The position numbers and the translations under genes are program-made. From Leyella stercorea (lineage in GTDB: Bacteria > Bacteroidota > Bacteroidia > Bacteroidales > Paludibacteraceae), in contig CAVKQB010000005.1 in assembly GCA_963658575.1 (NCBI GenBank), forward strand, positions 179 to 64,178: a stretch of DNA of 64,000 nt, in the 5' to 3' direction. Under the pieces are notes generated by a model. That model was not told the DNA's origin. It worked only from the letters and a program-made list of their open reading frames with translations, and made no database searches. Of the stretch, positions 1 through 9,182 are shown piece by piece (positions within the stretch are counted from its first letter, which is position 1; each line of letters starts with the position of its first letter).

Positions 1-847
1 TTTCTTTGAGTACAATCAATCCGTAGAGGAACGCAATGAGCGTCCCTCCTCTTCGTATGGTCGATACGACGGATATGAGCGAATCCGTGTCGCTCAATGC
101 CAGCATATAGACATAGTCGCTCAACACGAGGAAGACGGAGATACCCGCAATCGCCCAAGTCCAGCGGAGCGGAGAGGCGGGGGTGTCTTTCCGTCGCTCT
201 ATTCCTTTGGTGATAATGAGTGCCACCGCCATTATCACGGTTTGGTAGAAAGTGTAATACACCTGTACGGCGTTGTGGTCAAAGTGCCGCATCATGTACT
301 TGTCGTACAGTCCGCTCCCCGCCCCAATCAGTATGGCAAGCGCGAGGAAGACATAGTATTTTCCCCGCCCTGCGGGCAGTTCATCTGTGGCTTTCCCTAC
401 CTTATGCTCCACGAGCGAGAGGGCGAATATGCTCCCTAGGGCGCAGACGATGCCCGCCCATTGCCAGCCGTTCAGCACCTCGCCGAAGAGTACCATCGCA
501 CCGAGCAGCGTCCACATCGGGCGGGTGGCTTGCATGGGAGAAACAATAGACAGCGGCAGGTATTTAATGGCGATGTAGGCGCACACCCACGAACTGAGTA
601 CGATGCACGATTTGAGCAGTATCAGCAAGTGCGCTTTCGTGCCAATAAGAGGCACATAGAACAGGGTTTTCTGCATCATATCGGGCGCACAGCGGGACAG
701 TACGAGCGGCACACAGAGTATGGCGGACGAGACAAGCAAACTGAAAGTCAGCACATTCAGCACACCGTTCTGTTGCAATGCCCGTTTCTTGCTTATATCA
801 TAGAAGCCCAAGCAAATGGCCGACAGTACGCTTAATAGCACCCACAT
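1..847 (-). CDS. EamA/DMT-family transporter, partial (3' end runs off the left edge)
   Basis: Manual minus-strand translation from the ATG at 847-845 gives MWVLLSVLSAICLGFYDISKKRALQQNGVLNVLTFSLLVSS... This is an uninterrupted, multi-TM hydrophobic frame down to position 1. It is missing from the ORF track only because no stop codon lies in the window. The plus-strand ORFs at 220-835 are overlapping antisense artefacts. Confidence 0.6.
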   Translation of the reverse strand, partial: MWVLLSVLSAICLGFYDISKKRALQQNGVLNVLTFSLLVSSAILCVPLVLSRCAPDMMQKTLFYVPLIGTKAHLLILLKSCIVLSSWVCAYIAIKYLPLSIVSPMQATRPMWTLLGAMVLFGEVLNGWQWAGIVCALGSIFALSLVEHKVGKATDELPAGRGKYYVFLALAILIGAGSGLYDKYMMRHFDHNAVQVYYTFYQTVIMAVALIITKGIERRKDTPASPLRWTWAIAGISVFLVLSDYVYMLALSDTDSLISVVSTIRRGGTLIAFLYGLIVLKE

Positions 848-865
848 AATAGATCCAGTGTTCAA

Positions 866-1735
866 TTAGTCCTTGCTATGGTAGCGGCGATACTTGGCTG
901 GCCATGCGGCGATGCGCTGGGGAACTTTGATAATCCAACGCACACATTTGTCGGCGGCGAAATGGAGCGTATCGTACCAGTGCTCCTGCGGTAATACAAC
1001 CTCGCCGCCACGCTGCGCTGCCGATTCGTGTATCAATGCGTCGATACGCGCTTTCTGCTTGCCTGCGGAGTGTTGGAACAGGCGCACAACGACAGACGGC
1101 ACAGAATAAAAGCGCGACAGCCACGAATGGGCGCAAAGTTGCCGCCCTTGCAGGTCGTACAACAGCGTGGAAGTGCCGTCGCTGTGGCGTTTGGGCATCA
1201 GGTAGAGCGTCCGGAAATTGGCAGCCAACCAAAGAAAAAACTGATAGTACGGTTCGATGATTTCGGGGCGGTCGAATGTGTAGTTTTTGCCCAACGAATC
1301 GACATCGTACGCCGCTATCATCGCCGCCTTGTGTTCAGCGTAACGGAACGCCTTTACCGCCTCGCGCGAAAATTTTGTGCGGATAAGCCGCAAATCGAAA
1401 ACATTGAAAAACGGATTGGTAACCAACGGATTACCACTACGCAACGACTCTCGGCCGCCATCGGGACAGCCCGCATTGGCATAGCCGTTTGCAACCACAT
1501 AATCGACCAAATCAAACACCGCCTGCGGGTCGGTGATGAAACAATCTTCATCGACATTGATGGCAATATCGCAGTCGGTATCGGCAAGCATGGTATAGAA
1601 ATAGCCGTCCGCCGATTGGTCGGTAAGGCGCACGCAGGGATAGCCCAATTCCTCGTAAAAAGCCTTGGAAAGGCGATAAAGCCGCAGGTCGAACGAGCGG
1701 CAGAAAAATTTGATACGGAGCAAATTATCTCTCAT
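866..1735 (-). CDS. hypothetical protein, possibly a nucleotide-sugar transferase-like accessory of the neighbouring glycosyltransferase
   Basis: 289-aa ORF that overlaps the upstream GT4 gene by 11 nt, which suggests an operon. It has an acidic DxD-like motif (INVDEDCF). No family was recognised with certainty. Confidence 0.45.
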   Translation of the reverse strand: MRDNLLRIKFFCRSFDLRLYRLSKAFYEELGYPCVRLTDQSADGYFYTMLADTDCDIAINVDEDCFITDPQAVFDLVDYVVANGYANAGCPDGGRESLRSGNPLVTNPFFNVFDLRLIRTKFSREAVKAFRYAEHKAAMIAAYDVDSLGKNYTFDRPEIIEPYYQFFLWLAANFRTLYLMPKRHSDGTSTLLYDLQGRQLCAHSWLSRFYSVPSVVVRLFQHSAGKQKARIDALIHESAAQRGGEVVLPQEHWYDTLHFAADKCVRWIIKVPQRIAAWPAKYRRYHSKD

Positions 1736-2825
1736 GGGGTGTGTCGATTAGCGATTGAAACGTTTTCTGCACTGCCTCGTAGGAGTAATGGTCGAGATAG
1801 ACCTGACGGGAGTAGGCATTGAAGCGGGGACGGGGTTGAGAGGCAAAGCGATTGAGGCAAGCGATGAATTCCTCTGCCGTATTGCACAAGCCGCCCACGC
1901 GGTCGTAGTCTGCTGTATAGCCCTCGAACGCCTCTTGCGTGCCGATGATATTCTTGCCGTACATCAGTGCTTCACAAGTCTTTACTTTCATACCACTGCC
2001 GGAGAAGATAGGCAGCACCACAATGTCCGCCTGCTCGATGTAGGATTGCAGGTCGGGCGCATCGCTAATGACCTCGATGTCTTTTAGGAGCGGGGACTCG
2101 GCTTTGAGTTTTGCCATACCCTTGCCCACGATACGGAGGTCGATATTCGCATAAGGTAGTACATGCTCCACAAACCACAGGATACCTTGATTATTCGGCG
2201 TGAAATATGCCCCAAAGAAGAGGCATTGCAGACGGGGATGAGTGAGTTCGGCAGTTGGAGTATAAGTCATGCGGTCGGACAGGGCAATGGGAATGAGCGT
2301 GTCGGGACGGCGACCATAGCGTTGCGCTATCTGGTCAGCATCCCGCTCGTTGAGCGCAATGACACGGTCTGCATATTGGCACGAATAGCGGTCGTTGCGG
2401 TCGGCGGTACGGATAATGATATTGCGCCCCGGCAGGTGGGGCAGTTTGGCATCGAAATAGACCGCCTCTACATTATGGAAATAGACCAGAATCTGCCCCT
2501 TATAGCCGCTCTGCTTGAGGCGCTTGGCTACAATACCGAACAGGCTGCGGTCGATAAAGACATAGTCGTAGGACTGCGCCTGCTGCACAAGGTGGCGCAC
2601 ACGCCGGGGCGTAAGACCGTAATAGTAGTGGAACAGGAAAAAGAAAGCCCCGCGAACATAGCCCCACAGTGTCTTGCGGGCGTACTCGTCGTGAACATAA
2701 TAGGAGTCGATGTTCTCGTCGCCGACGAGGCGGCGGAGCATATCATAGTTCTTTTGGCTGCCCTGACCGCCTCCTTCGAGGATGCCACGGGAACGCTTGT
2801 ACCAGATGAAAAGAATAGTGGACAT
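1725..2825 (-). CDS. glycosyltransferase family 4 (GT-B, 'glycosyl transferase group 1')
   Basis: 366 aa. The C-terminal region (...VVLPIFSGSGMKVKTCEALMYGKNIIGTQEAFEGY...) is typical of GT1/GT4 nucleotide-sugar binding domains. Confidence 0.8.
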   Translation of the reverse strand: MSTILFIWYKRSRGILEGGGQGSQKNYDMLRRLVGDENIDSYYVHDEYARKTLWGYVRGAFFFLFHYYYGLTPRRVRHLVQQAQSYDYVFIDRSLFGIVAKRLKQSGYKGQILVYFHNVEAVYFDAKLPHLPGRNIIIRTADRNDRYSCQYADRVIALNERDADQIAQRYGRRPDTLIPIALSDRMTYTPTAELTHPRLQCLFFGAYFTPNNQGILWFVEHVLPYANIDLRIVGKGMAKLKAESPLLKDIEVISDAPDLQSYIEQADIVVLPIFSGSGMKVKTCEALMYGKNIIGTQEAFEGYTADYDRVGGLCNTAEEFIACLNRFASQPRPRFNAYSRQVYLDHYSYEAVQKTFQSLIDTPHER

Positions 2826-2842
2826 AATTTAGGGGTGGGGAA

Positions 2843-3937
2843 TTATTTGTGGGTGATGGTTTGGATAGTATCTATTATCTCCATAGCGGTCTTACGAGGA
2901 ATACGAATGGACTGCGCTGCTGCCAACATATCGGCGGTGGTAGGGTTGCCTTTGCCCATCACCGATGTGGCATGCTCGCCATTATATCCCTGTTTGCAAC
3001 GGGTCAAATCGTACGCCGGTGCTAATGCCCATTTGTCCTCGTGGCAGATAAAACTAAAGTTCTTGGCGTGGTCGTCCTTATTGCCGATAATGACATTGAA
3101 CACCATACGACGGAACATCTGCTCCACCTGCTTGGGGTCTTGGGTTATATAGCCGGTCAGAGCCAACAGCGTCTTATAGTCTGTCTTGGGCGGATAGATG
3201 GATTCGCTGAGCAACGCAGCGGCAGTGGCAATATGCAGCCGTTGCCCATCGGAAGTGAGGTCGAAACGCCGAGAAGCGAAGAACTCACCGTCTATCAGTT
3301 GAAAATCTGGCACATCTATTCCACATTGGCGGGCAAGGCAGTTGTAATGATACTCCTCACGCCCCATATCTTGCGGGTCGTAGGTATGGCGGAACTTCAC
3401 CAACCAATGCCCCGTTTCGTTGGTCAACAAGCATTTAGGGCGACAGCCTCCACTGTTACCGCTATTGAAATACAGCACATCGGCATCTTGTGTGTTCCGC
3501 TCTTGAAACACATCCAATGCCAACTGCTGCAAGGCATGCAGTTCGGGCAAGACACGATTGCCGCTTAGGGTTTGCTCGGGGACATAGCAAAGTGCGCCCA
3601 TACCCGTGCTGCCGACAATACTGAGCCTCTGCAAAGGCGTGAGCGACATATCGTCCACACCTTGATTGCGCAACATACGGTTCAGTAAATAGCGTCCGTA
3701 GCCGTCAGGAAGACTGTCTTCGAAGATACCAAAATTACCGTAGAAAGGTGTAGGCGGCGCGATGAACAAGTCCGGCTTAAGTGGCAAGTCCAGCGGGGAA
3801 ATGGAGAACCCGTCGTGCAGCCACTCCTTGCTGTACTGAAATGTACACCGCCGACCGTCGGCTGCCATTGAGAGCGTGCCGACACAGCGGTCGTGGTACA
3901 ACACCGACAATTTATTGATTGAACTGATTGCGACCAT
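2843..3937 (-). CDS. hipA: HipA-family type II toxin (Ser/Thr kinase)
   Basis: 364 aa. The N-terminus (KLSVLYHDRCVGTLS...FQYSKEWL) resembles the HipA N-terminal coupling region. The C-terminal kinase core contains GNKDDHAKNFSF, matching the HipA catalytic loop. It is paired with an upstream HTH gene. Confidence 0.85.
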   Translation of the reverse strand: MVAISSINKLSVLYHDRCVGTLSMAADGRRCTFQYSKEWLHDGFSISPLDLPLKPDLFIAPPTPFYGNFGIFEDSLPDGYGRYLLNRMLRNQGVDDMSLTPLQRLSIVGSTGMGALCYVPEQTLSGNRVLPELHALQQLALDVFQERNTQDADVLYFNSGNSGGCRPKCLLTNETGHWLVKFRHTYDPQDMGREEYHYNCLARQCGIDVPDFQLIDGEFFASRRFDLTSDGQRLHIATAAALLSESIYPPKTDYKTLLALTGYITQDPKQVEQMFRRMVFNVIIGNKDDHAKNFSFICHEDKWALAPAYDLTRCKQGYNGEHATSVMGKGNPTTADMLAAAQSIRIPRKTAMEIIDTIQTITHK

Positions 3938-4238
3938 GCTTACGGTTCTTATTGCTATTGATGGTTTCCAACTCCTCCATGGTCTTATAGATCGGCTCTG
4001 CCATGACTTGTTTCAACGACTCCTTGTAGCCCAACGCCTTGCAGAGTGCGGCATACTGACGCAGGGAAATGGTGTACTGCGTTTCGAACTTGGCAATGGT
4101 CGGCACAGGCACGCCGCTCATCATCGAAAGCGCCTCCCGTGAAAGTGTGCGCTCCAAACGCCGATGACGCAACTGCTCCGCCAGATATTGCAGTATATCC
4201 TGCTCGGATTCGGTATCGAAAGTGTATAATAAATTCAT
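3912..4238 (-). CDS. hipB: XRE-family helix-turn-helix antitoxin (HipB-like)
   Basis: 108 aa with the HTH segment LSREALSMMSGVPVPTIAKFETQ. Its stop overlaps the annotated hipA start by 26 nt. A TTG lying immediately after the hipB stop would be an alternative hipA start. Confidence 0.75.
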   Translation of the reverse strand: MNLLYTFDTESEQDILQYLAEQLRHRRLERTLSREALSMMSGVPVPTIAKFETQYTISLRQYAALCKALGYKESLKQVMAEPIYKTMEELETINSNKNRKHGRNQFNQ

Positions 4239-4300
4239 ACTATTGTATCTATTATATTACAAATCGCCACATTACTAATACTATTGTATTTGTTATACAA
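4239..4300. promoter_or_regulatory. candidate HipB operator region (two palindromes plus a direct repeat)
   Basis: ACTATTGTAT occurs twice (4239-4248 and 4280-4289). Palindromes: TTGTA-N10-TACAA (4243-4262) and TTGTAT-N5-ATACAA (4284-4300). All lie directly upstream of the hipB start codon. Confidence 0.4.
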
Positions 4301-4570
4301 AATTCATGCCATAAGAGAATAGGGAAGATTCTAAATACATAGGCGGGGCTTTCTGTTGGCGAAAAATTTTCAAATGTTCGGAGAAAAATCTGCGATTCTC
4401 GAATGGAACGGGTGGTATTATTGGTGTATTATAGATCTGTTTCTAAAGCGCGGGCGATGATGTCGTCCTTGTCATACGAGCGCATGCGCAATGCTTTCAC
4501 AAAAGTAGAGATAATTTTCGAATTGCACAACAACGCCGTGGCACGCAAGCCGCACATCGCCACGCCACAA

Positions 4571-4606
4571 ACAAAATTTGCCCCACCTTTTGGGCAGGGC
4601 AAATCG
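4571..4606 (-). terminator. rho-independent terminator of the frd operon
   Basis: On the minus strand, ATTTGCCC...GGGGCAAAT forms a stem (plus-strand 4576-4604) followed by TTTGTTTG. It sits about 25 nt after the frdB stop. Confidence 0.6.
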
Positions 4607-4627
4607 TTCGGTTTATTCCAAGCAAAA

Positions 4628-5383
4628 TCAGTCTTTCAGTTTTGCGCAGATAAATTCACGGTTCAAACGAGCGATGTGCGTCAGCGAAACGCCTTTGGGG
4701 CATTCGGCGGCGCAGGCACCTGTGTTGGTGCAGTTGCCAAAACCGAGTTCGTCCATCTTCGAGAGCATGGCTTTGGCGCGCGCGGCGGCCTCTACTCTGC
4801 CCTGCGGCAACAACGCCAACTGGCTCACTTTGGCGGCTACGAACAACATGGCCGAGCCGTTTTTGCACGCAGCAGCGCACGCACCGCAACCGATACACGA
4901 GGCAGCGTCCATCGCTTCGTCGGCTTTGGCTTTCGGAATCGGAATGGCATTGGCATCGGTGCTGACACCCGTATTCACCGAGATGTAGCCACCGGCCTGC
5001 ATTATCTTGTCGTAGGCACCACGGTCGACCATCAAATCTTTGATGACGGGGAAAGCGTGCGAACGCCACGGCTCCACGGTGATGGTTTCGCCGTCGTGGA
5101 ATTTGCGCATGTGCAGTTGGCAGGTTGTTACGCCGCTGTCGGGTCCGTGCGGATGCCCGTTGATGTAGAGCGAACACATGCCACAGATGCCTTCGCGGCA
5201 GTCGTGATCAAAGGCGATAGGCTCTTTGCGCTCGCTGATGAGTTGTTCGTTCAACACATCGAGCATTTCGAGAAACGAGCTGTCGGTCGAGATGTTTTTC
5301 AGTTCGTACACTTCGAACGAGCCCTTGGCTTTCGGGCCGGCCTGACGCCAAACTTTTACTTTGATATTTATTGTCTTTTCCAT
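4628..5383 (-). CDS. frdB: fumarate reductase/succinate dehydrogenase iron-sulfur subunit
   Basis: 251 aa with Cys clusters [20 protein letters not shown] and [14 protein letters not shown], consistent with 2Fe-2S, 4Fe-4S and 3Fe-4S centres. It is the last gene of the frdCAB arrangement. Confidence 0.95.
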   Translation of the reverse strand: MEKTINIKVKVWRQAGPKAKGSFEVYELKNISTDSSFLEMLDVLNEQLISERKEPIAFDHDCREGICGMCSLYINGHPHGPDSGVTTCQLHMRKFHDGETITVEPWRSHAFPVIKDLMVDRGAYDKIMQAGGYISVNTGVSTDANAIPIPKAKADEAMDAASCIGCGACAAACKNGSAMLFVAAKVSQLALLPQGRVEAAARAKAMLSKMDELGFGNCTNTGACAAECPKGVSLTHIARLNREFICAKLKD

Positions 5384-5389
5384 TGCCGC

Positions 5390-7522
5390 TTAATTTTTAT
5401 AGTTTCTGGTCTTTCTTTCGGTAAATTCGTAGTCGAGCCGTTCTTTGAGCAGCTTCGGTTCCTGATTTTCGCCCATGTATTTCCAGCAGGCGACATACGA
5501 GAATTTGTCGTCTTGGCGCAAGGCCTCGCCTTCGGGCGTTTGGTACTCTTCGCGGAAATGTCCGCCGCACGATTCTTCGCGGTTCAATGCGTCGCGCGCC
5601 ATCAGTTCGCCTATCTCCAAGAAGTCAGACAGGCGCAAGGCTTTTTCGAGTTCGACGTTCAAGTCGTTGCGCGAGCAGGGGATATAGACTTCGGTCCAGA
5701 ACACTTTTTTCAACGCTTTGATTTTTTCGAGAGCGGTTTTCAAGCCTTCGGCGGTGCGTCCCATGCCTACAAATTCCCACATCACCAAACCGAGTTCGCG
5801 GTGAATGCTGTCTACCGAACGGTGCCCTTGAATGGCCATCAGACGGTCGATTTTAGCGTTCACGGCCTTTTCGGCTTCGACAAATTCGGGCAGTTCGACG
5901 CTCATGCGCGGCACTTGAATCTGGTCGGCCAAATAGTTCTGAATGGTGTAAGGCAGCACGAAATAGCCGTCGGCCAAGCCCTGCATCAGAGCCGATGCGC
6001 CCAAACGGTTGGCGCCGTGGTCGGAGAAGTTGGCTTCGCCTATGCAGAACAAGCCTTTGATGGAGGTTTGCAGTTCGTAATCGACCCAAATGCCGCCCAT
6101 TGTGTAGTGAATGGCGGGGAAAATCATCATCGGCGTTTCGTACGGATTCTCATCGACGATTTTTTCGTACATCTGGAACAGATTGCCGTATTTCTGCTCG
6201 ACAACCTTTTTGCCAAGGCGATCGATGGCGTATTTGAAATCGAGATAAACGGCCAAACCGGTCGAATTTACGCCAAAACCGGCATCGCAGCGTTCTTTGG
6301 CGGCACGCGAAGCCACGTCGCGCGGCACCAAGTTGCCAAACGCCGGATAGCGACGTTCCAAGTAGAAGTCGCGGTCTTCGTCGGGAATATCGGTCGGTTT
6401 CAGTTTGCCAGCGCGTATGGCTTCGGCATCTTCTTTCTTTTTCGGCACCCAGATGCGGCCGTCGTTGCGCAACGATTCCGACATCAGCGTCAGTTTCGAT
6501 TGGAATTCGCCATGCTTCGGAATGCAGGTCGGGTGAATCTGCGCAAAGCACGGATTGGCAAAATAGGCACCTTTGCGGTACATCTGCATGGCCGCCGAAC
6601 CGTTCGAGGCCATGGCGTTGGTCGAGAGGAAGAACGTGTTGCCGTAGCCACCCGAACCAACCACTACTGCGTGAGCAAAGAAGCGTTCGATTTTGCCGGT
6701 AATCAGGTTGCGGGCGATGATGCCGCGGGCGCGACCGTCGATAATCACTACATCGAGCATCTCGTGGCGCGTGTACATCTTCACCGTGCCTTTTTTAATC
6801 TGGCGACTCAATGCCGAATAGGCTCCGAGCAACAGTTGTTGGCCGGTTTGACCTTTGGCGTAGAATGTGCGCGACACTTGTGCGCCGCCAAACGAGCGGT
6901 TGTCGAGCAAGCCGCCGTATTCACGGGCGAAAGGCACGCCTTGCGCCACACATTGGTCGATGATATTGTTCGACACTTCGGCCAAACGGTAGACGTTGGC
7001 TTCGCGAGCGCGGTAGTCGCCGCCTTTGATGGTGTCGTAGTAGAGGCGATATATCGAGTCGCCGTCGTTTTGGTAGTTTTTGGCTGCGTTGATACCGCCT
7101 TGCGCAGCGATGGAGTGTGCGCGGCGCGGCGAGTCCTGAATGCAGAAGTTCAGCACGTTGAATCCGAGTTCGCCCAGCGAGGCAGCCGCCGATGCACCAG
7201 CCAATCCCGTGCCCACCACGATGATGTCGAGGCGGCGTTTGTTGGCGGGGTTCACCAATTTCTGATGGGCTTTGTAGTTCGTCCATTTTTCGGCCAGAGG
7301 GCCTTCGGGTATTTTAGCGGTAACATAGTCGCCTTCGACGGCCGTTTCGACGGCTTTTTTGGCGGCGTGAACCACCTTTTCGGCAGCAACTTTGGTCGCT
7401 TTCACAGCCTCTTGCGTGGCATCGTCGGCAACGACTTCGGCCACTTTTTTGCGCACGGTCTTCACCACCTTTTCGGCAGCGGCCTTGGCGGTTTCGATAG
7501 CAGTTTCTTTCTTGTTTGCCAT
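5390..7522 (-). CDS. frdA: fumarate reductase/succinate dehydrogenase flavoprotein subunit with an unusual ~60-aa Lys/Ala-rich N-terminal extension
   Basis: 710 aa. FAD-binding motif [22 protein letters not shown], plus the conserved [28 protein letters not shown] segment that normally lies at the N-terminus of Bacteroides FrdA. Confidence 0.95.
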   Translation of the reverse strand: MANKKETAIETAKAAAEKVVKTVRKKVAEVVADDATQEAVKATKVAAEKVVHAAKKAVETAVEGDYVTAKIPEGPLAEKWTNYKAHQKLVNPANKRRLDIIVVGTGLAGASAAASLGELGFNVLNFCIQDSPRRAHSIAAQGGINAAKNYQNDGDSIYRLYYDTIKGGDYRAREANVYRLAEVSNNIIDQCVAQGVPFAREYGGLLDNRSFGGAQVSRTFYAKGQTGQQLLLGAYSALSRQIKKGTVKMYTRHEMLDVVIIDGRARGIIARNLITGKIERFFAHAVVVGSGGYGNTFFLSTNAMASNGSAAMQMYRKGAYFANPCFAQIHPTCIPKHGEFQSKLTLMSESLRNDGRIWVPKKKEDAEAIRAGKLKPTDIPDEDRDFYLERRYPAFGNLVPRDVASRAAKERCDAGFGVNSTGLAVYLDFKYAIDRLGKKVVEQKYGNLFQMYEKIVDENPYETPMMIFPAIHYTMGGIWVDYELQTSIKGLFCIGEANFSDHGANRLGASALMQGLADGYFVLPYTIQNYLADQIQVPRMSVELPEFVEAEKAVNAKIDRLMAIQGHRSVDSIHRELGLVMWEFVGMGRTAEGLKTALEKIKALKKVFWTEVYIPCSRNDLNVELEKALRLSDFLEIGELMARDALNREESCGGHFREEYQTPEGEALRQDDKFSYVACWKYMGENQEPKLLKERLDYEFTERKTRNYKN

Positions 7523-7549
7523 ATCTCTGTCAAGTTTTATGCGTTAAAA

Positions 7550-8224
7550 TTAAAGGGCACAGCATGCGCCGAGCGAATAACCGAAATAGTAAACCACCAC
7601 GGCAGCAAACATCAGCACGATGAGCGTAGCCACAATGTTGCCAATGCACTTGATGCGCGGCATCCACACGTCGTTGTTCCAACCCAATGTGTGTAGCGCG
7701 CTCCACACGCCGTGCGTCAGGTGATACCACAGCGCACCGAGCCACAGCAGATAGAGTACCACATAGTACCACTGCGAGAAGGTGTACTTAATCAGTTCCA
7801 CACCGCTTGCGGGCTCGTGGCCGAGAATTTCGACCAACTGCATCTTAGCCCAAAAGTTGAACAGGTGCAACGCCAAACCGCAGAGAATGATGAAGCCAAG
7901 CACCAACATGTTTTTCGATGCCCACTCCACCTGCTCCTGACGGGCGGTAACGGCGTAACGTTCGCGACCACGGGCGCGGTAATTCTGCACCGTCAGCACA
8001 AAGGCGTAGCAAATGTGCACCACGGCCAAAAACGCCAGCCCCAGCGTGCCTACCAAGGCATACCAGTTCGCACCCAGAAATTCGCAAATCGCATCGTAGC
8101 CCGATTCGGAAATGATGGCCACGAGATTCATCGTGCCGTGAAAAAGCAGAAACAGCACCAAACAGGCACCCGTTACGCTCATCACGACTTTTCTTCCGAT
8201 GGAAGAGTTTGTCAACCAAGTCAT
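7550..8224 (-). CDS. frdC: fumarate reductase/succinate dehydrogenase cytochrome b subunit
   Basis: 224-aa polytopic membrane protein with conserved His residues. It is the first gene of the operon and ends 27 nt upstream of frdA. Confidence 0.9.
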   Translation of the reverse strand: MTWLTNSSIGRKVVMSVTGACLVLFLLFHGTMNLVAIISESGYDAICEFLGANWYALVGTLGLAFLAVVHICYAFVLTVQNYRARGRERYAVTARQEQVEWASKNMLVLGFIILCGLALHLFNFWAKMQLVEILGHEPASGVELIKYTFSQWYYVVLYLLWLGALWYHLTHGVWSALHTLGWNNDVWMPRIKCIGNIVATLIVLMFAAVVVYYFGYSLGACCAL

Positions 8225-8311
8225 AAAAAGTTTGTTTTAAGTATAAGTAATTAGTAGTTAAAGAATTATCGCGCTTCGCATTGCCGCACACGACAATATC
8301 GAAACAAAATA

Positions 8312-8319
8312 CAAAGATA
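8312..8319 (-). promoter_or_regulatory. Bacteroidetes-type -7 box (TATCTTTG) for frdCAB
   Basis: Plus-strand CAAAGATA equals minus-strand TATCTTTG and matches TAnnTTTG. A TTTG (-33-like; plus-strand CAAA at 8340-8343) lies 20 nt upstream, which is the canonical spacing. Confidence 0.5.
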
Positions 8320-8401
8320 GTCGATTTTCGGCAAATGCGCAAACTAAACCGAAAAAAAATATTTTTTTGCTCCACCATTTGGCACTCTCGAAAGAAAAGC
8401 G

Positions 8402-8409
8402 TACCTTTG
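8402..8409 (+). promoter_or_regulatory. Bacteroidetes-type -7 box (TACCTTTG) for the zapA-rny gene string
   Basis: TACCTTTG matches TAnnTTTG, and a TTTG at 8378-8381 lies 20 nt upstream. This implies that the ATG at 8433, not the ORF-track start at 8367, is the first translatable start. Confidence 0.5.
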
Positions 8410-8432
8410 TACGAATATTTACAGTTCGACCG

Positions 8433-8726
8433 ATGAACCGCGAACATCAGCAAGCGACCGACGAATTTGAGGCAAAATTGGAGAGGCTCATATTCCTGTT
8501 CGAGAACGCCCAAAGCCGCGCCGATAAGTTGCAAAACGCGCTCGACGAGGCCAACGGCAAACTGATGGACGCACATCGGGAAATAGTCGAACTCCGCACG
8601 AAATACGAAAACCTGAAAATGGCACGCATGGTCGGATTCTCGGAAGAAGACAAGAAAAAAGCCTACCGACGCGTGTCGGGTTTTATGCGGAAAATTGACA
8701 GTTGTTTGGAATTGCTTAACGATTGA
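8433..8726 (+). CDS. small coiled-coil protein conserved upstream of zapA (cell-division context)
   Basis: 97 aa from the internal ATG (MNREHQQATDEFEAKLERL...). Heptad-like charged sequence. The start was chosen downstream of the predicted promoter. Confidence 0.6.
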   Translation: MNREHQQATDEFEAKLERLIFLFENAQSRADKLQNALDEANGKLMDAHREIVELRTKYENLKMARMVGFSEEDKKKAYRRVSGFMRKIDSCLELLND

Positions 8727-8734
8727 CGCACTCC

Positions 8735-9031
8735 ATGACGCACACAGACAAACTTCAGATAACGCTATCGATAGCAGGCCGGCGCCTACACCTGACGATA
8801 GACCGCGACGAAGAATTCGTCTTCCGCGAGGCAGCGCGAAAATTGAGCAACCGAATAGATTATTTGTACAAAGCATACCCAAAGGCCGACTACGCCTCGA
8901 TTCTCACCGTAGCAGCACTCGAAAAAGCCATCGACTGCGAAAAAGGAATCGGCAACCACGAAAGCATGCCTTTGCGAAGCAAAATAAACGAGTGGTCGGC
9001 ACTTATCGACCGCGTACTCGCCAACGAATAA
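8735..9031 (+). CDS. zapA: cell division protein ZapA
   Basis: The sequence MTHTDKLQITLSIAGRRLHLTIDRDEEFVFREAARKLSNRIDYL fits the ZapA family. The ORF-track start at 8723 is a TTG, and the first ATG is at 8735. Confidence 0.75.
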   Translation: MTHTDKLQITLSIAGRRLHLTIDRDEEFVFREAARKLSNRIDYLYKAYPKADYASILTVAALEKAIDCEKGIGNHESMPLRSKINEWSALIDRVLANE

Positions 9032-9182
9032 TCGCCCTGCCTTCGGGCAATCCTGCCATTTTCCACACATAAGCCACCCAAAAAGGCCGACCATTTCGCC
9101 GCGAAAAGTATTCGACGACGCACCCTATTTTATGCACAAAAACAGAGAAAAAACATACGAACACTAAAAAACACGAAAAATT

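Noticed and set aside
4440-4500. Short minus-strand ORF MRSYDKDDIIARALETDL between hipB and the frd terminator
   Set aside because: Only 18 codons, with no promoter or conservation evidence available. It could be a gene remnant, but this cannot be supported from the sequence alone.
4403-7696. 1097-aa plus-strand ORF
   Set aside because: It lies antisense to frdB and frdA, which have unmistakable Fe-S and FAD motifs. Its translation is low-complexity (Gly/Ala/Val/Arg/Phe-rich) with no recognisable motif. This is a typical shadow ORF caused by GC-biased third codon positions.
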